Assembly (NCBI RefSeq): GCF_001194135.2
Contig: NC_069006.1
Coordinates: 18,664,963-18,728,962, forward strand
Direction of reading: 5' to 3'
DNA from: Octopus bimaculoides
Taxonomy: Eukaryota
DNA length: 64,000 bases
In this document: in pieces, positions 13,150 to 27,330 of the stretch
How the letters are laid out: each line of letters starts with the position of its first letter
Position numbering within the stretch: the first letter of the stretch is position 1
Notes under the pieces: model-generated
What the model saw: the letters and a program-made list of their open reading frames with translations, nothing else
The model's database searches: none
Told to the model about the DNA's origin: nothing
Program-made: the position numbers and the translations under genes

Positions 13150-13390
13150 TCGTGTGTGTTGTGTCTTCTTGCCTTGACATCGCATGATAGTTGTAAATGA
13201 TTGTCACTGTCATACAGGTTGTGTCACTCATTTCCAATATCATGTCAGGCCATGGGGAAATATGACCTTGCTTGAAAACAGGTGAGGGTTGACAACAGGC
13301 AGGCAATCTGGCCATAGAAAATCTGCTTCAATAAACGCTGTCCAACCCATGTAAGTATGGAAAAGTGGGCATTAACTGATGATGATGACA
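13150..13390 (+). mobile_element. SINE C-related element (RTE-like GAT tail)
   Basis: Shared body with 18960-19120 and 22860-23110; ends ccaacccatg...gatgatgatg. Confidence 0.7.
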
Positions 13391-14029
13391 TAATTTATTA
13401 CACCAAACTTAGGTATAGGCAAAGCTGTGTGTTTAAGAAGTTAGCTTTGCAACCACGTGGTTACAAGTTCAATCCCATTGCATGGGATTGAACTAGTTTC
13501 TTCTACTATAACCCCATGCTTATCGACTGGGAGAAAACAATTTCATCTCTGAAGAACAGTCAACAAACCATAAAATGGTTGATCAAAAGATGCTCTCCTA
13601 CTTTTGTTCCATACATCAATAGCATAAAATAGTGTGTTTATGTTTATATTTATCCCACAGTGAGGCTTTGTATTATTTAAATGTATTTTAGGTTGTCAGA
13701 TATAGGCCATGTTATGCATAAAATAGATATTGCTTAAGCAATCGTTTCTGTTACAGATACAAGGCTTGAAATATTTTAGGTAGGGGGTGGTGAGGGCCTA
13801 GTCAGTTCCACTAACCGTGTGTGTGTGTGTGTGTGTGTGCCTATGTCTACTTGTACAAGTAGGGGAGAAGACTTGTGCATATTTGTAGTCACTACAGGTA
13901 AATAACATGCTAACCTGCTGTGACAACAAAGATGAATAATATATGAACAATATAGTTGTTTTTAGAAGGGAACAGTTTAACAGCTTAAGTGTAGTAACTT
14001 CATATGAACACTTTAACAACTTGACTAAA

Positions 14030-14400
14030 ATTGTAGCTTTCCTATCATATGGTTCTGGGTTCAGTCCCCCTGAATGGCACCATAGGCAAGTGCCTTCTAC
14101 ATTAGCTCCAGGTAACCAAAACCTTGTGAGTGGATTTGGTAGATAGAAACCGAAAGAAGCCCATTTCGTGTGTGTGTGCGTGTGTTTGTGTCTTCTATGT
14201 TTGTCCCCACCACCACTTGACAGTCTGTGTTGGTTTGTTTACAACCCATAACTTAGCACCTTGGCAAAAGAGGTTGGTAAAATAAGTACCAGACTAAAAA
14301 AAAGTATTGGGATCAATTTGTTCAACTAAACCCTTCAAGGTAGTGTACCAGAATGGCTACAGTCAAATGAGTGAAGCAAGTAACACATAAGGACAAAAGA
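14030..14400 (+). mobile_element. SINE family A
   Basis: Family A body with internal (GT)n. Confidence 0.8.
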
Positions 14401-14448
14401 GACAGTAATTACAGATTAATAGATAAATAATAAAGTTTCAATAATTAC

Positions 14449-14506
14449 CGGTGAACATGATGAGATTTATGTCCCTAACATTCTTTGGAATATGATGAAA
14501 GTGAAA
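14449..14506 (-). CDS. Candidate exon (FHFHHIPKNVRDINLIMFT, phase 0 to 1)
   Basis: gactgttttcag| ... CCG|gtaatt; only one open frame. Confidence 0.25.
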
Positions 14507-14649
14507 CTGAAAACAGTCTTCAGCAACACAATAGTGATATATTTTAATTTTGTTTGGTATTAAATTAAATCCCAATTAGAAATTATGGTTAGTTTGACAC
14601 ATCACACTTGCAGTGTTCTCATCATTGTATTCTAGCATTAAAATCCTTT

Positions 14650-14885
14650 CTTCCATAGGCACAAGGCCAGCAATTTCAAATTTTGACACAAGGTCAGCAA
14701 GTATGGAGGAAGGAGATGGGTTAAGATGATAAAATCAATCCCAGTGCTCAGCCGGTACTTATTTTATTGATCCCCAAAAGGATAAAAGGCAAAATTAACT
14801 TTGGTGGAATTTGAACATGAAGATGAACGAAATGCCGCAAAGCATTTTGCGCAACAAGCTAACAATTCTGCCAGCTTACTACCTT
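14650..14885 (-). mobile_element. SINE family B
   Basis: Reverse complement of the family B body. Confidence 0.75.
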
Positions 14886-15667
14886 TTTTCTGGCATTGAA
14901 ATAAAACTATTTTAGCCACCATCAGGCAGCACCCACTAACTATATAGATAAAGGGAGGTAAGAAGAGGAAGTAAAAGATATTGCAAGGAATATGGCAAGT
15001 AAAAAAACAAGATTTCAAAATCTCAGTTTTTGACAACATGAAAGTATTATTAATGATGAACTGTAATGAGAGAACTGATGCAGCCAACTTCATCCAACTT
15101 CATTACTTTACTGGTATTTTATCAATTCTTGAATGGTGTAAGACTAAGTAAACCTCCGTAAGACAAGAACTTAGAACCTAGAGAAATATAACTAAATACA
15201 GCATAGTATTTTTGGTAAGTAACCTGCCCACAGCCAGCCCTGGCTCTATGATACAAACTTGCTGTTTAAAGAAATCTAAATTAAAACCTTCCATTGAAAT
15301 TTTATGTTAATTTAAGTTCTGAATACCAGCTTAATTATGATTAAAGTTGTTTTAATAAATTCATTATTTTGAAAATTATTTGAAACAAAGGCAGAGTATT
15401 TCAACAGAAATATGATAACAAAAGGTTAAATGACTGTTATCCATTGTACGTCAGTTGGTGGAATAGAAAGAGATTTTCTCACTCATCATCATCATAACAT
15501 TTCCAATTGTTTTGTGCAAGTTTCTGCAGCACCACTAAGTGCACCAACTCATTCCTGTTGTAGTATTTTGCTTGTTTATTTCTAGTGATATTTTAGTGTT
15601 TCATCTGTTTGTTTTGATGAACATGTGTTCTATGTTTGTGCTGTTATGTGCTAACTGACTTTCATAC

Positions 15668-15705
15668 CTGTAACATGAGTAGTGCTATAGTATTTGGTAG
15701 AGGTT
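15668..15705 (-). CDS. Candidate 38-nt exon (xPLPNTIALLMLQ or TSTKYYSTTHVT)
   Basis: Long polypyrimidine tract ...tttactgcatag| and CAG|gtatga donor. Confidence 0.3.
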
Positions 15706-15714
15706 CTATGCAGT

Positions 15715-16830
15715 AAATACAATGTGGATTGGAAAAGAAAAACATGCTTTGTGACATTTGTTCCAAGTTTTTGCATTCCAAGTTCAAATCCCAGCAAGAT
15801 CGATTTTACCTTTTGTTTCTCTGAAGTCATATAAAAATAAGGTACCTGTTAAGTACTGGGCTTGATTTAATTAACTAACACCTCCCCACCTTTATTCCTA
15901 AATTAGAAACAATCGTTTTAGAATTGGCAGAATTATTAGTGTCTCAGATAAAATATCTTGTGTTATTTGTTCAGGCTTTTTATATTCTGAGTTCAAAACA
16001 CACTCAGGCCAAGATTGTCTTTCAGCTTTCTGGGATTGATAAAATAAAGTATCAGTCAAGTACTGGAGGTGATAAATGAACAACCTGCTTCCCATGAAAT
16101 TTTTGCTTTTGTAACTATGTTAGGAATTTAAGAAGGGCATCCAGCTGTAGAAATCAAGCCAAAACAGACTATGGAACCTGGTATGGCCTTTTGACTTGCT
16201 AGTTCCTGTCAAGCTGTCCAACCCATGCAAGCATGGAAAACAGACGTATGAGGATGATGATGAGTGTTAAACCGAAGGTGGCGAACTGGCAGAATCATTA
16301 GCAATGCCAAACAAAGTGCTTAGCAGCATTTCTTCTGGCTTGACATTCTGAGTTCAAATGCTGACAAAGTAGACTTTACCCTTCATACTTTTGGTATTGA
16401 TAGAATAAAGTACCATTGAGCACTGGGATCGATGTAATCAACTTCCCTATCCCCTCAATATGGCAGGCTTTGTCCCAAAAATCAAAAAGAATTATTATTG
16501 TTAAGTTGTTTGTCTTTATGTTCTGAGTTCAAATTCTGGTGAAGTCAACTTTACCTTTCATCCTTCCAAGGGCAATGAAACAAGTACCAGTTTAGCACTG
16601 GGGTTAATGTAATTGATTAGCACCCTCCCCACAAATTTTGGCCCTTGTGCCTTTTGTAGAGAGGATTGTTAAGTTAAATTTTGAAAGGTTTAATGGAAAG
16701 GTACAGGTGATTAAATTGACCCAATTTGTTAACTGGTACACATTGAAATCTCCCCTAAGAGGATGAAGGGAAAAGTAGACCAAGGGCAGATTTGAACTCA
16801 CAATGTAAAGAACAAAGCAAAATCATGCAA
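15715..16830. mobile_element. Cluster of about five SINE B copies plus a SINE C tail (16125-16262)
   Basis: Repeated family B central domain in both orientations. Confidence 0.7.
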
Positions 16831-17147
16831 ATATGTTTGCTAATTAGTTTTTAGCTAAGTGCTCCAGTAATTCTGTTGTCAAATACCAACAGTGATGTGA
16901 TGCTAATGCTAACTAGTAATTAAAAAAAAATGTAATAAACATTGACAGGTGTGAAGAATATCTTTGGAGGAAGAAATATAAACAACAAACAGACATCCTC
17001 ACATATAGGCAGACACAAACGTACAGACAATAACAACACGCACATACATTGAACAGCACTTTTGGCATGTGTTTTCATCCACTATAGCTCTGGGCTAACC
17101 AAAGTCTTATGACTGGATTTGATAAACAGACACTGAAAGAAGCCCAT

Positions 17148-17185
<38 letters not shown>

Positions 17186-17194
17186 ATAATAATA

Positions 17195-17477
17195 TTAGGG
17201 ACAAAATCCAAAATTACAGGTAAAAAGCTCAATTAAAATCAATTTATAAAAAATTAAAATTAAATTGAGCCTTATAGATAAAGTATATATAAAATATATA
17301 GTTTTAGGGAAAATAACCAATTTTCAAGAACTCATCGATGAAAATCCACTATCACATATAGAAAAATTAATAATTAAAAGCACAATAAATGAGTATAAGT
17401 GCTTTTAATTATTAATTTTTCTATATGTGATAGTGGATTTTCATCGATGAGTTCTTGAAAATTGGTTATTTTCCCTA

Positions 17478-17487
<10 letters not shown>
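17195..17487. mobile_element. Probable Penelope-like terminus with an 89-bp perfect inverted duplication
   Basis: 17295-17383 and 17399-17487 are reverse complements (1 mismatch) around a 15-nt spacer; embedded in (TA)n. Confidence 0.6.
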
Positions 17488-17512
<25 letters not shown>

Positions 17513-19670
17513 TGAGTTGAAGAAACAGAACAATAAAAGAATTATATTCTACAATCAGCAGACACATTTGCCCAATCGCAGGCAAAATTAAAATCATCAA
17601 TGTACTCATTGTGATTTCATAGCAAATTCCATAACTGGACTGAAATTACATTCCTGCATCCATCACAAGTAGATGCAGCTTCTCTCATTTTAAAGTTATG
17701 TATTTTTCGCTCTTTTCTCTTTTTTAAAAATCCTCTCTTTCAAACACTCAATCATTGAAATCCATGGGAGTGACTAACATACATTGTAAGATAAAAAGAT
17801 AATGTCGTTAGTAGGTTTGGAAGTTATAAAGGTGAAAGAGGTGGGTGAAATAAAATAAATTAAGATAAAGTAAAGCAGGATAAAATGAGGTATTAGAGGG
17901 TTTAACTTTCATGATAGGTTTAGGGGTATAAAGTTCTAAAGGTTCATGGATGTAAGTGATTACGGATACATATGTATGAATGCGTGTGTGTCTGTCTTTG
18001 TATTTGTCCCCCACCAGCCCTTGACAACCAGTGTTGGTTTGTTTATGTCCCCTAGTGGTTTGGTAAAAAGAGGCTGATAGAATGAGAACCAGACTATAAA
18101 ACAATAAGCACTGGGGGTGATTTGATCCACTAAAACCTTTCATGGTGATGCCCCTGTATGGTCACAATCCTTGAAACAAGTAAAAAATTAAAATATATAC
18201 ACAAACACTTTCATACTTACACACAAACTAACACCTACCTACATAATGACAAGCATGCATACACACACTCACACACAGACACACACACACACACACACAT
18301 GCATGCACAAGCATATACTAACATATAATGAAAGAGAAGCTTCAAGGAAGCTGTTCAAATTGCTAGAAATAACAGCCACATGTCCCTCAAATTACACTGA
18401 CTGTCTTTAAATCTAAAAGAAGACAGGAAGGCCATCTGGTCATAAAATACAGTACCAAAAAGTCATATCTACCCCAAGCCAGCATCGAAAAGGAGAATGT
18501 AAAAACAATGCCAATGAGGATGTATGTATGTATGTAATTATTCCGTTTTATTTCAAGATTTCTTGCCAACAGAGAAAGAGCCAGTTTCTAACCTAGATCC
18601 AAGGCTCCTTCATTGGAATTTCAACAACACCAACAGGGTATTTTTGTATGTATGTATTATATGTGCAGATTTGTATGTTTTGCTTTATGTATGTATTCTC
18701 AGGTATGTATGTGTGTGTGTTTGTGCATGAAGTATGTATGTGTGTTTGTGCAGGTAGTGTGTATGCATTTACATACGTATGTATATTGTATCTAGGCACA
18801 GACATAGCTGAGTGATTGGAAGTTTACTTCCCATCTACATGGTTCCATGTATAGTCCCACTATGTGACACCTTGGGCAAGTGTCTTCAATTATAGCCCAA
18901 GGCCAAGCGAAGCTTTGTGTGGATTTGGTAGACAGAAACTGGAAGAAGCCTGTTGTTTGTGTGTCACTCTCTCTCTCCTTGTTTTGACATCATACAGTAG
19001 TTGTAAATGAGTGCATCATCGTACAAACAGTATCTCCCGTTTCAATCATCCATGAAAATATGTCCAGCCATGGCAAAATATTACCTTTGTTAGAAACAGA
19101 TGAGGGTTGGTGACAACAAGAGCATTCAGAGCATATATATATATCAAGGCCGACAGGAAGCGGTCCAGCTTCCTAGGGCTAAATAGCAATAGTATATTCC
19201 CTTATTGGGACTGTCATGTTAAGTTGGCAGTATACAACTACTTTATTGCATCACTACTGCTTAAGTCTCTCTGAGAGATTTAGAAATGTATTATTTCTAA
19301 TATATATATATATATATANNNNNNNNNNNNNNNNNNNNNNNNNNNNNNNNNNNNNNNNNNNNNNNNNNNNNNNNNNNNNNNNNNNNNNNNNNNNNNNNNN
19401 NNNNNNNNNNNNNNNNNNNNNNNNNNNNNNNNNNNNNNNNNNNNNNNNNNNNNNNNNNNNNNNNNNNNNNNNNNNNNNNNNNNNNNNNNNNNNNNNNNNN
19501 NNNNNNNNNNNNNNNNNNNNNNNNNNNNNCCTTCTTGAAAATTTGCTTCGCAATGAAAGCCGGTTAGAAATCTTTATTAAAATATGCTTCCAGTTTAGCA
19601 TTCTGCCTTATTCTTCATTTTTCTATTATTTCTCCACGTGCGGTTAACACAACCCCACTATTTACTGACT

Positions 19671-19713
<43 letters not shown>

Positions 19714-19714
19714 T

Positions 19715-20200
19715 AAATAAAATGAGATAACAAAGCCAAGGCTGTGTGTAATTTTCAGGGCACTTATAAAGAGAAAGTTAGCATTACAGCTGTTTCTGGG
19801 ATATTAGGGATATCCCTTCATCAGAGACGATGTGAGATGGTTAAATAGAGGGAAATAGTAGAGTTCGATATACGGAGTTATTTTGGAAAAGGATGGAAAT
19901 AAGAAGTATAAAGGGAAATAAGAGAATCAAAGTAGTAAAAAGAAATATATATATAGGATGTTATAGTTGCAGTTCCATTATCCGAGGAAAGTGGTATGTA
20001 GAAGTGGTAGAGATGCTTCTTGTCCGTGGTATGTAAATTCCGATAGGAGTTCATATTTTGTCATTACAAATGGAAAGTATGGAGCTGTAGATTCCATGTG
20101 CTGTTCATCCAAAGGGATCTTGTGGTATAAATATATAAATATATTAGTTGGTCTGTAGTTTATAAGTCTGAAAAAAAGCACTCGCCCCCAAATTCTTTTG
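19715..20200 (-). mobile_element. Penelope-like 3' end with hammerhead core at 19780-19830
   Basis: Minus strand: cgtct-CTGATGA-a-gggatat cccta atatccc-a-GAAAC-agct-GTA. The 3' strand of stem I is missing in this copy. Confidence 0.62.
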
Positions 20201-20371
20201 AGTAATGATATTTAACTTTCTGTGCATGTGCACACACACACACACACAAATATTATATCTATCATCATTGTTATCCTCATTTTAACACACACTTTTCTAT
20301 GTTTGCATGGGCTAGATGGAATTCAAACATACCGTCAATGGTTAGATGTCCATCCTGTCATCAGCACTCAC

Positions 20372-20479
20372 GTTCTTTCATGCATGGTATTCCCTCGCCC
20401 CCCCGTGACCAGACATGTTTCAATGGAAGATTGAAAAGGAACAACAGCACTTTGTATAACAGTTGTTCCTATTTTGAAA
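20372..20479 (-). CDS. Candidate symmetric 108-nt exon (FKIGTTVIQSAVVPFQSSIETCLVTGGRGNTMHER)
   Basis: ttcatataacag| ... AC|gtgagt. A competing plus-strand reading spans 20316-20490 and ends ...YFETVI*. Confidence 0.35.
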
Positions 20480-21077
20480 CTGTTATATGAACCCAAGGCA
20501 ATTAGAAACCAACACACCCACTTACACTTATTCCTCCCCCACATATAAAGATAGATATAGCAACATATTCATATACAATGGGATTCTTTCAGTTTCCATC
20601 TAACAAATCCACTCACAAGGCTTTAGTCAAAGTGGGGCTTTAGTCAAAGTGGGGCTTTAGTAGAAAGTACTTGCCCAAAGTGCTAGATATCTTATCTTTT
20701 ACTTGTCTTTGTCTTTGGACAGTGGCCTTGCTTGGGCACTGCCTTGAAGGGTTTTGGCCTCAAAAATCAATCCCCAGTACTCTTTTTTTCTAAGTGTGCT
20801 ACTTATTCATTAAGGCTCTTTTGTTGAACTGCTAAGTTATGGGGATGTAGACAAACCAACACGAGGTTGTGGCAGATATAACCACTTCACACTGAGGCAC
20901 ACACATGCACACACTCACACATAATCTGGGTAATAACCTTATGGCATGCTTTACAAAGCTCTTCCATAGGTATTGGCTACCATATGCTATCATATAGCAG
21001 GAATTCGCCTTTTAATGGATATACATGTGGAAATTCATTAATATCATAGAATTGATATTAAAAAATTACAGTACGAG

Positions 21078-21191
21078 AAGATGGAATGAACAGGCTTTAA
21101 TCCAAATCACTACAACAGCAATTACCAGTTTATACTACTCACAGAAACAATTATAGCGATTTTGATTAAAGCCTGTTCATTCTATCATCTT
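21078..21191. repeat. Inverted repeat with ~38-bp arms (MITE-like)
   Basis: gaatgaacaggctttaatccaaatc versus gattttgattaaagcctgttcattc. Confidence 0.75.
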
Positions 21192-21195
21192 GTGT

Positions 21196-21227
<32 letters not shown>

Positions 21228-23261
21228 GTGGGCTTCTATCTTCTGTTTCCATCTACCAAATCTTTGATCAACTCAAGGCTATTGGAGAAGACACTTACCC
21301 CAAGGTGCCATGTTGTGTGACTGGACATAAAACCATGTAGTTGCGAAGCAAACTTCTTACCACACAGTCAGGCCTGCACCTTCTGTCTATATTATATAAG
21401 TCAAGAAATTCTAATTTCAATGTTTATTGAGATCATTATTTAAACCACTATTGTAAAATTCCCTTGTACTTATCATCTAAACACTTATATATCTAAATAG
21501 ACAACCCCACCCCAACTACACACAAACACACACAATTACACAAACACACACACACACACACACACACAGACACACACATATATATATATACTAAAAATAT
21601 TTCACATAAGTCAAAAGCTATGGAAAAATAATTGTCAAAAGAAAATATGTTTTTCCATTTATATTGTAGTGAATTAATTCCTAAGTATATTATTACAGTC
21701 AAATCATTCCAAAATACNNNNNNNNNNNNNNNNNNNNNNNNNNNNNNNNNNNTATATATATATATGTATGTATGTATGTATGTATATGCAAATAATACAA
21801 AATATACTGGTATATACTAAATAAAATTACAGAGTTTGTATTATGAATATTTATAATTATTTCAAGAAAATATAAATTGAAGCTTTCATTTTATAATAAA
21901 TATACCACATACCGTTATACTTTCTAAAGAGTCAAACGTATAAATACATACACACACACACACACCCACACACACACTCATGTACAAGTGAACACACACA
22001 CACACACTCATGTACAAGTGCACATATACACACACACACACACGAATATGGGGGATATCGAGGAAAGTGAAATTAATTTGCTTTTACAGTTGCACATTTT
22101 TGCATGTGCTTGAGCGTGTGTGTGTGTGTGTGTGTTATACTGAGATCTTAGTTCTAATGCATGTATGAGTATATGCGCATGCATAACTATACATGCCTGA
22201 GTGCATATGGTTTAAGTGAGTGTAATTTTGAAGATGGATACCTCTTCGTCCTCCTCTTCCTTCTCATCATCATTTTAATGTCTTCCTTCCCATGCTTGCA
22301 AATATCAGACAGAGTTTATTGAGCCAAATTCTCTATGGCTGGATGCTCTTCCTGCTTTTTGCAGAATATTGGAAATGAATGACACTGCTTGTATGACAGT
22401 GAAATTCATTGCTTGACAACTGTCAAGCAATGTCAAGGCAAGGAAATACAAACATGCATACATTCACACTCATACACACACACATGTACATACCAACACT
22501 CACACACACACATTTATATATGAGAGCATTTTTCAGTTTCTGTCTACCAAATCCACTCACAGGGCTTTGGTTGGCCCAGGCCTATAGCAGAAGACACATG
22601 CTCAAAGGGCCACACAATGTGATAGAACCCAAAACCTTGTTGTTGTAAGCAAACTTCTCAACCAAGTATATAAATATAAACATAAATGTACATATTGAAT
22701 AGATGTTCTCTGGTAGCAATGGTGTGTAAGTTAAGAGTAAAAAAACAAATAATGTTTGTCCGTAGATATTATTGATATTTTTGACCCAAAAGAATATATT
22801 TCTATTTTGATTTTTTGAATTTGTTTTGGTTCAGATTCTTGTCTTGATACCTATGAACACAAACATCATCCTTATTATCACTTTTATGCATACTTTTCCA
22901 TACTTGCATGGCTCAAATGGAATTTTGTCTAGGCAGATTTTCTATGGCTGGATGCTCTTCCTGTTACCAACTCTCACCTGTTTACAAGTAAGGTAACATT
23001 TCCCCATAACCAGAAATGTTTTCATAGAAGATTGGGAACGCAGGACACTGCTTGCATGATGGTAACATTCATTGACAACTATCATATGATGTCAAAGCAG
23101 GGGAACAGTAACACCCACACAACACATACATATGTATGTGTTTATAGATATATGTATGCATGTAAGTCTAAATATATATATGGTAACTGAAAGATGGAAT
23201 ATACGAGAATTTATTATTAATCATGACAATTGTTTCGACACATTTAGCATTGGTCCCTTAC

Positions 23262-23366
23262 AGGAGGGACACTCAACAACTGATTCAGGAGCATCTGGCG
23301 GTGCAGATATGTCTCATCGGGTGATAAATAGACACAGCTCATTAAAATAACAATTCCGCAATGTAT
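23262..23366 (-). CDS. Candidate 105-nt exon (IHCGIVILMSCVYLSPDETYLHRQMLLNQLLSVPP)
   Basis: Donor CCT|gtaagg. The alternative plus reading 23264-23350 (cccttacag|EGHSTTDSGASGGADMSHRVINRHSSLK*) is equally plausible. Confidence 0.25.
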
Positions 23367-24696
23367 CTTCTCATTTCGCATAAAGAAAAGCAGCAAAATG
23401 AAGGAAATATCTTCATTTACATAGAAGATCGAAAGTAAAATCACAGATGCAAAAAAGAAATGAACACAGAGTACAGCAAGAAAAGTATCAAAAATAACCG
23501 TTAACAAATATGGATGTATAAATGTCCTCATGCAAGCTGCATGCTGCATGTGCACTCATGATCACAAAGTGAGTTAAATATACCATCATCATCATTTCAC
23601 ATCCATTTTCCATGTTGGTATGGGTGGGACGGATATATATGACAAGTTTCTTTAATTTCTGACTACCAAATGCAGATCCAAGGTTTTGGTTGGGCTTGGG
23701 GCTATTGTAGAAAATACTTGTCCACGGTGCCACGCAGTGGAACTGATTCCAGAACCATGTGGTTGCAATGAAAAATTCACACCATACAACCATGCCTGCA
23801 TCTTAATATATATATAAAGACATATGCACTAACTTATATACTTCTGTAAATACACATAGAGAATGTGGTGTAAAATGAGGGCACACAAGAATAAACATAT
23901 TTACATTCCCACATACATCTTTATATTGTAACACATGCATCTACAGGTTCATGAGCAGAAAAAATTTGTGAGGAAGTAAATGTACAAAAATTCACCATAA
24001 CTACTCACATATGCATGCAGCTGAATATTTGCTTATGCTTTCACTCAAACTTCAATACAACCATAACATGTATTAACTGACATCTTCTATCTTTGATTGC
24101 TTACTTATTTCAGTCACTGAGTTGTGGTCATGCAGGGGCAGTGCCTTGAAGGGTTTTAATCAAACGAATTGACACCAGTACTTATTTTTAAAGCCTGGCA
24201 CTTATTCTACTGCTCTCCATTATGAGGGATGTAAACAATCCAACACCTGTTGTCAAGCGAGGGTGGGGAACAAATACAAAGACTCGTGTGTGTGTGTGTG
24301 TACATACATACATGATAGGCTTCTTTTAGTTTCTGTATACCAAATCCACTTACAAGACTTTGGTCAGTCAGAGCTATAGCAGAAGATACTTGTCCAAAGT
24401 GCCACACAGTGGAACTGAACCTGGAGCCACGTGGTTGGGAAGCAAACTTCTTACCAGACAGACAGTAACACCATCACCTCTATATATANNNNNNNNNNAG
24501 GGCTATAGCAAAAGACTCTTGCCAAAGATGCCACTGCGTGGCACTGAACCTGAGGCCATGTGTTTGCAAAGTAAACTTATTACTGCACACCCATGTCATA
24601 TATCCCAAAATACACATGGATATACTTAAACAATTACATGCAAGAATATATAAATGTGGACTTGAATTCGTGTATAGCTATATACATATAAGCATA

Positions 24697-24793
<97 letters not shown>

Positions 24794-25086
24794 ACACATA
24801 CATATGTGCATATATGCAAAGAGACATCTGAGTGTATTTACATGCATGGTTGATGTCACTGATAGTTATCTATACATAACTATATGAATCTACACAAAGA
24901 TAAAGTGTGATGACGTATACTTGCACTTACATATTTACATAGATCTTTAGATTTACACCTAATAAGACATACAAACATCCATACAAGACAATTACATGCC
25001 CTGAGTAAAACATACACACACACACACACACACACACATGTATCTATCTATCTATCTATCTATCTGTCTGTCTATCATTCTATCTA

Positions 25087-25123
<37 letters not shown>

Positions 25124-25449
25124 CTAAATAAATGGAGTAGCATGAAACGTGCGTACTGCAACCATCTTTAAAATCCTTGTTGCTTATTTTGATTTTTTGA
25201 TCACCTAGTTTTTGGAATGGTTTTTATATAATACCATACCATACTATATTCTGATGCCTAAACATAAGTACCATATTCAATTTTTGAATCTCTCTCTNNN
25301 NNNNNNNNNNNNNNNNTATATATATTTATATATATATATATTTATATATATATATATTTATATATATATATATATGAATATATAAGTATACCATTATGAG
25401 TTTCAATGGAATAGAGACTGATTTAAAAGGAACCAGTTGAAATCTGCAA

Positions 25450-27330
25450 ATGTACAATATGCAGCATGTAGGCCAGGACTCAAGTGATATGAAATAGCTC
25501 TATGATAAAAGATAGATATAGTAAGCTGAAATATATGAAGACAAAAGAACAGAATATGGTAGATAAAAAGTAGCGAATATAAACAAAAAGAATTAGGAAA
25601 TAGAGATGAGAACGAATAGAAAGTTTTGTAAGTATAGAAAGATCTATAGAGAAATCATTCAAATGTATGTAGCATTGTCCAGCTGGCAGTAAGAATATTC
25701 ATATAAATTTTCTTTGGTAAAGGCATAAAGAGATCAGAACTAATTTCAAATTTAGTAGTTGTAGCGGTTATGTCAAGATGTATTCCTCTGATATCAGTGG
25801 TGAAAATAGAACCAGTTGATATATGCTGGTGCACATTTGACAATTAATCAGTCAAATATGTAGTTATGAATAGCATATCCTTCACATTCCAGATGTACTT
25901 GGAAAGCATGATGTGCCTCTTTTTTTCTACATACTTGAATGAAGTAATGTTGGTTATACTTGGTTTTTATGTAAACCCTGTATTATTCTTTGAACTTTTG
26001 TACAACTACCAGATGAGATCTAAGTACAGTACACAACACTTTTTTGAAGGCATTTACTGTTTGACAGACATGCTATTTGTGTGGCAGTTGCCTTGTGGAG
26101 GATGGCTTGTGATTGTCTGTGATAATTTTTTTCTAATAGTTAAAGAAACCAAAGATAAAACATGTCAGGACAGCTGTAACTTGTCTTAACACAATTTCTA
26201 TAAATTTTTGTGAAACTTATGGTTAGAAGGTAAGTGTTTGCTAACTAGATTTAGGAAAAAAACAAACAATATTTGAGTTGAAATTCAAACCAAATGATGG
26301 GCTACAGTATATCATTTTACTTTTTCTGCTTCAGAAAAGCAGAATACTATCAGAACTAATAGAATACTACTTCAGTGTGTATTGAATTTTTTTTCTGTGA
26401 AAACACTCCTATTTAGAGCCTCCTGTGCCATTAAATATCTCTTCATGGTAAGATAAACTGGGAATTCTTTTATGATATTACCAGTTAAATTTCTCAAATG
26501 GACTCAGGATGATGGTTATTGGGTCTTTGTGGTTATGCAGTTAATTTTATTACACTTTCTAACATTTCTAGAGGTTAAATTAAGGGTAATATCTATAAAA
26601 TTAAGTATACTAACACTAGAATATGCAAGAATCTTAAGTTTGGAGCTTTTGAGAGCATGAAATAAGTCTTTCCTAACCCTGTCTAATTGGCTGGGTTACA
26701 AGTTAAAATTAATCCATCATCTCTGTTTATACCTAGTATATATCTAACTCTATAGAATAAAATTTTGTTAGGATAATATCCAAAACAAATAACCCAGTTA
26801 GGTTACAAACTTCTGCTGCATCAAAACAGCCCATAAGAAAAACAAAAAGTTCTGTGCCAATCTTTTTGACCCTGAACAAAGTATTAAAAGAACAAAGGAA
26901 CTTTCTTGTAAACATAATAATAAAGTCAGTAATAACATCTATGTCAATAATGATACCTGCAGTTGAAATCTAATACCTTCATTAAAGGAAATACAGTAAT
27001 AAAGGTACAAAATAACAGGGCGTGAGAACTTAACGTTGAGATTATCTTGTGTGTTATCAATCTAATTAAAGTTTTGTTGAAGTTAAAAGTTTGTATCATA
27101 CAGTTTCTGATTGAATCTAGAATATTCTTGCTACCCTTACCTTCTCTGCCAAAAGTCTTGTTAATAAGTCTGCCTTTAAAGTCATCACTTAGGAAACTAG
27201 GTTTATGATATTTTAAACAAACACGAAGAGGGCAGGCAGCTATGCATTCTATCCTATCAACTATTTTAAAGTTTGAGGTTAAGAGATTTGCTCCCATGTT
27301 AATTAAATTATTATTGGGGTTAGTTTTATG
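25450..27330 (-). pseudogene. Decayed Penelope-like retroelement: reverse transcriptase plus C-terminal GIY-YIG endonuclease
   Basis: Minus-strand translations give LKYHKPSF..KGRLIN..GKGSKNILDSI, MGCFDAAEVCNLTGLFVL, GINRDDGL (26733-26710, YRDD-type catalytic motif), VKTSYSCPDM, KCLQKSVVYC and SKYIWNVK, in canonical PLE order. Confidence 0.88.

Noticed and set aside
19530-19572. Hammerhead-like ttct-TGAAAA-tttgc ttc gcaa-t-GAAAgccggtt-agaa
   Set aside because: The core is too degenerate (no CUGANGA) to call a ribozyme, although it is probably a decayed pLTR.
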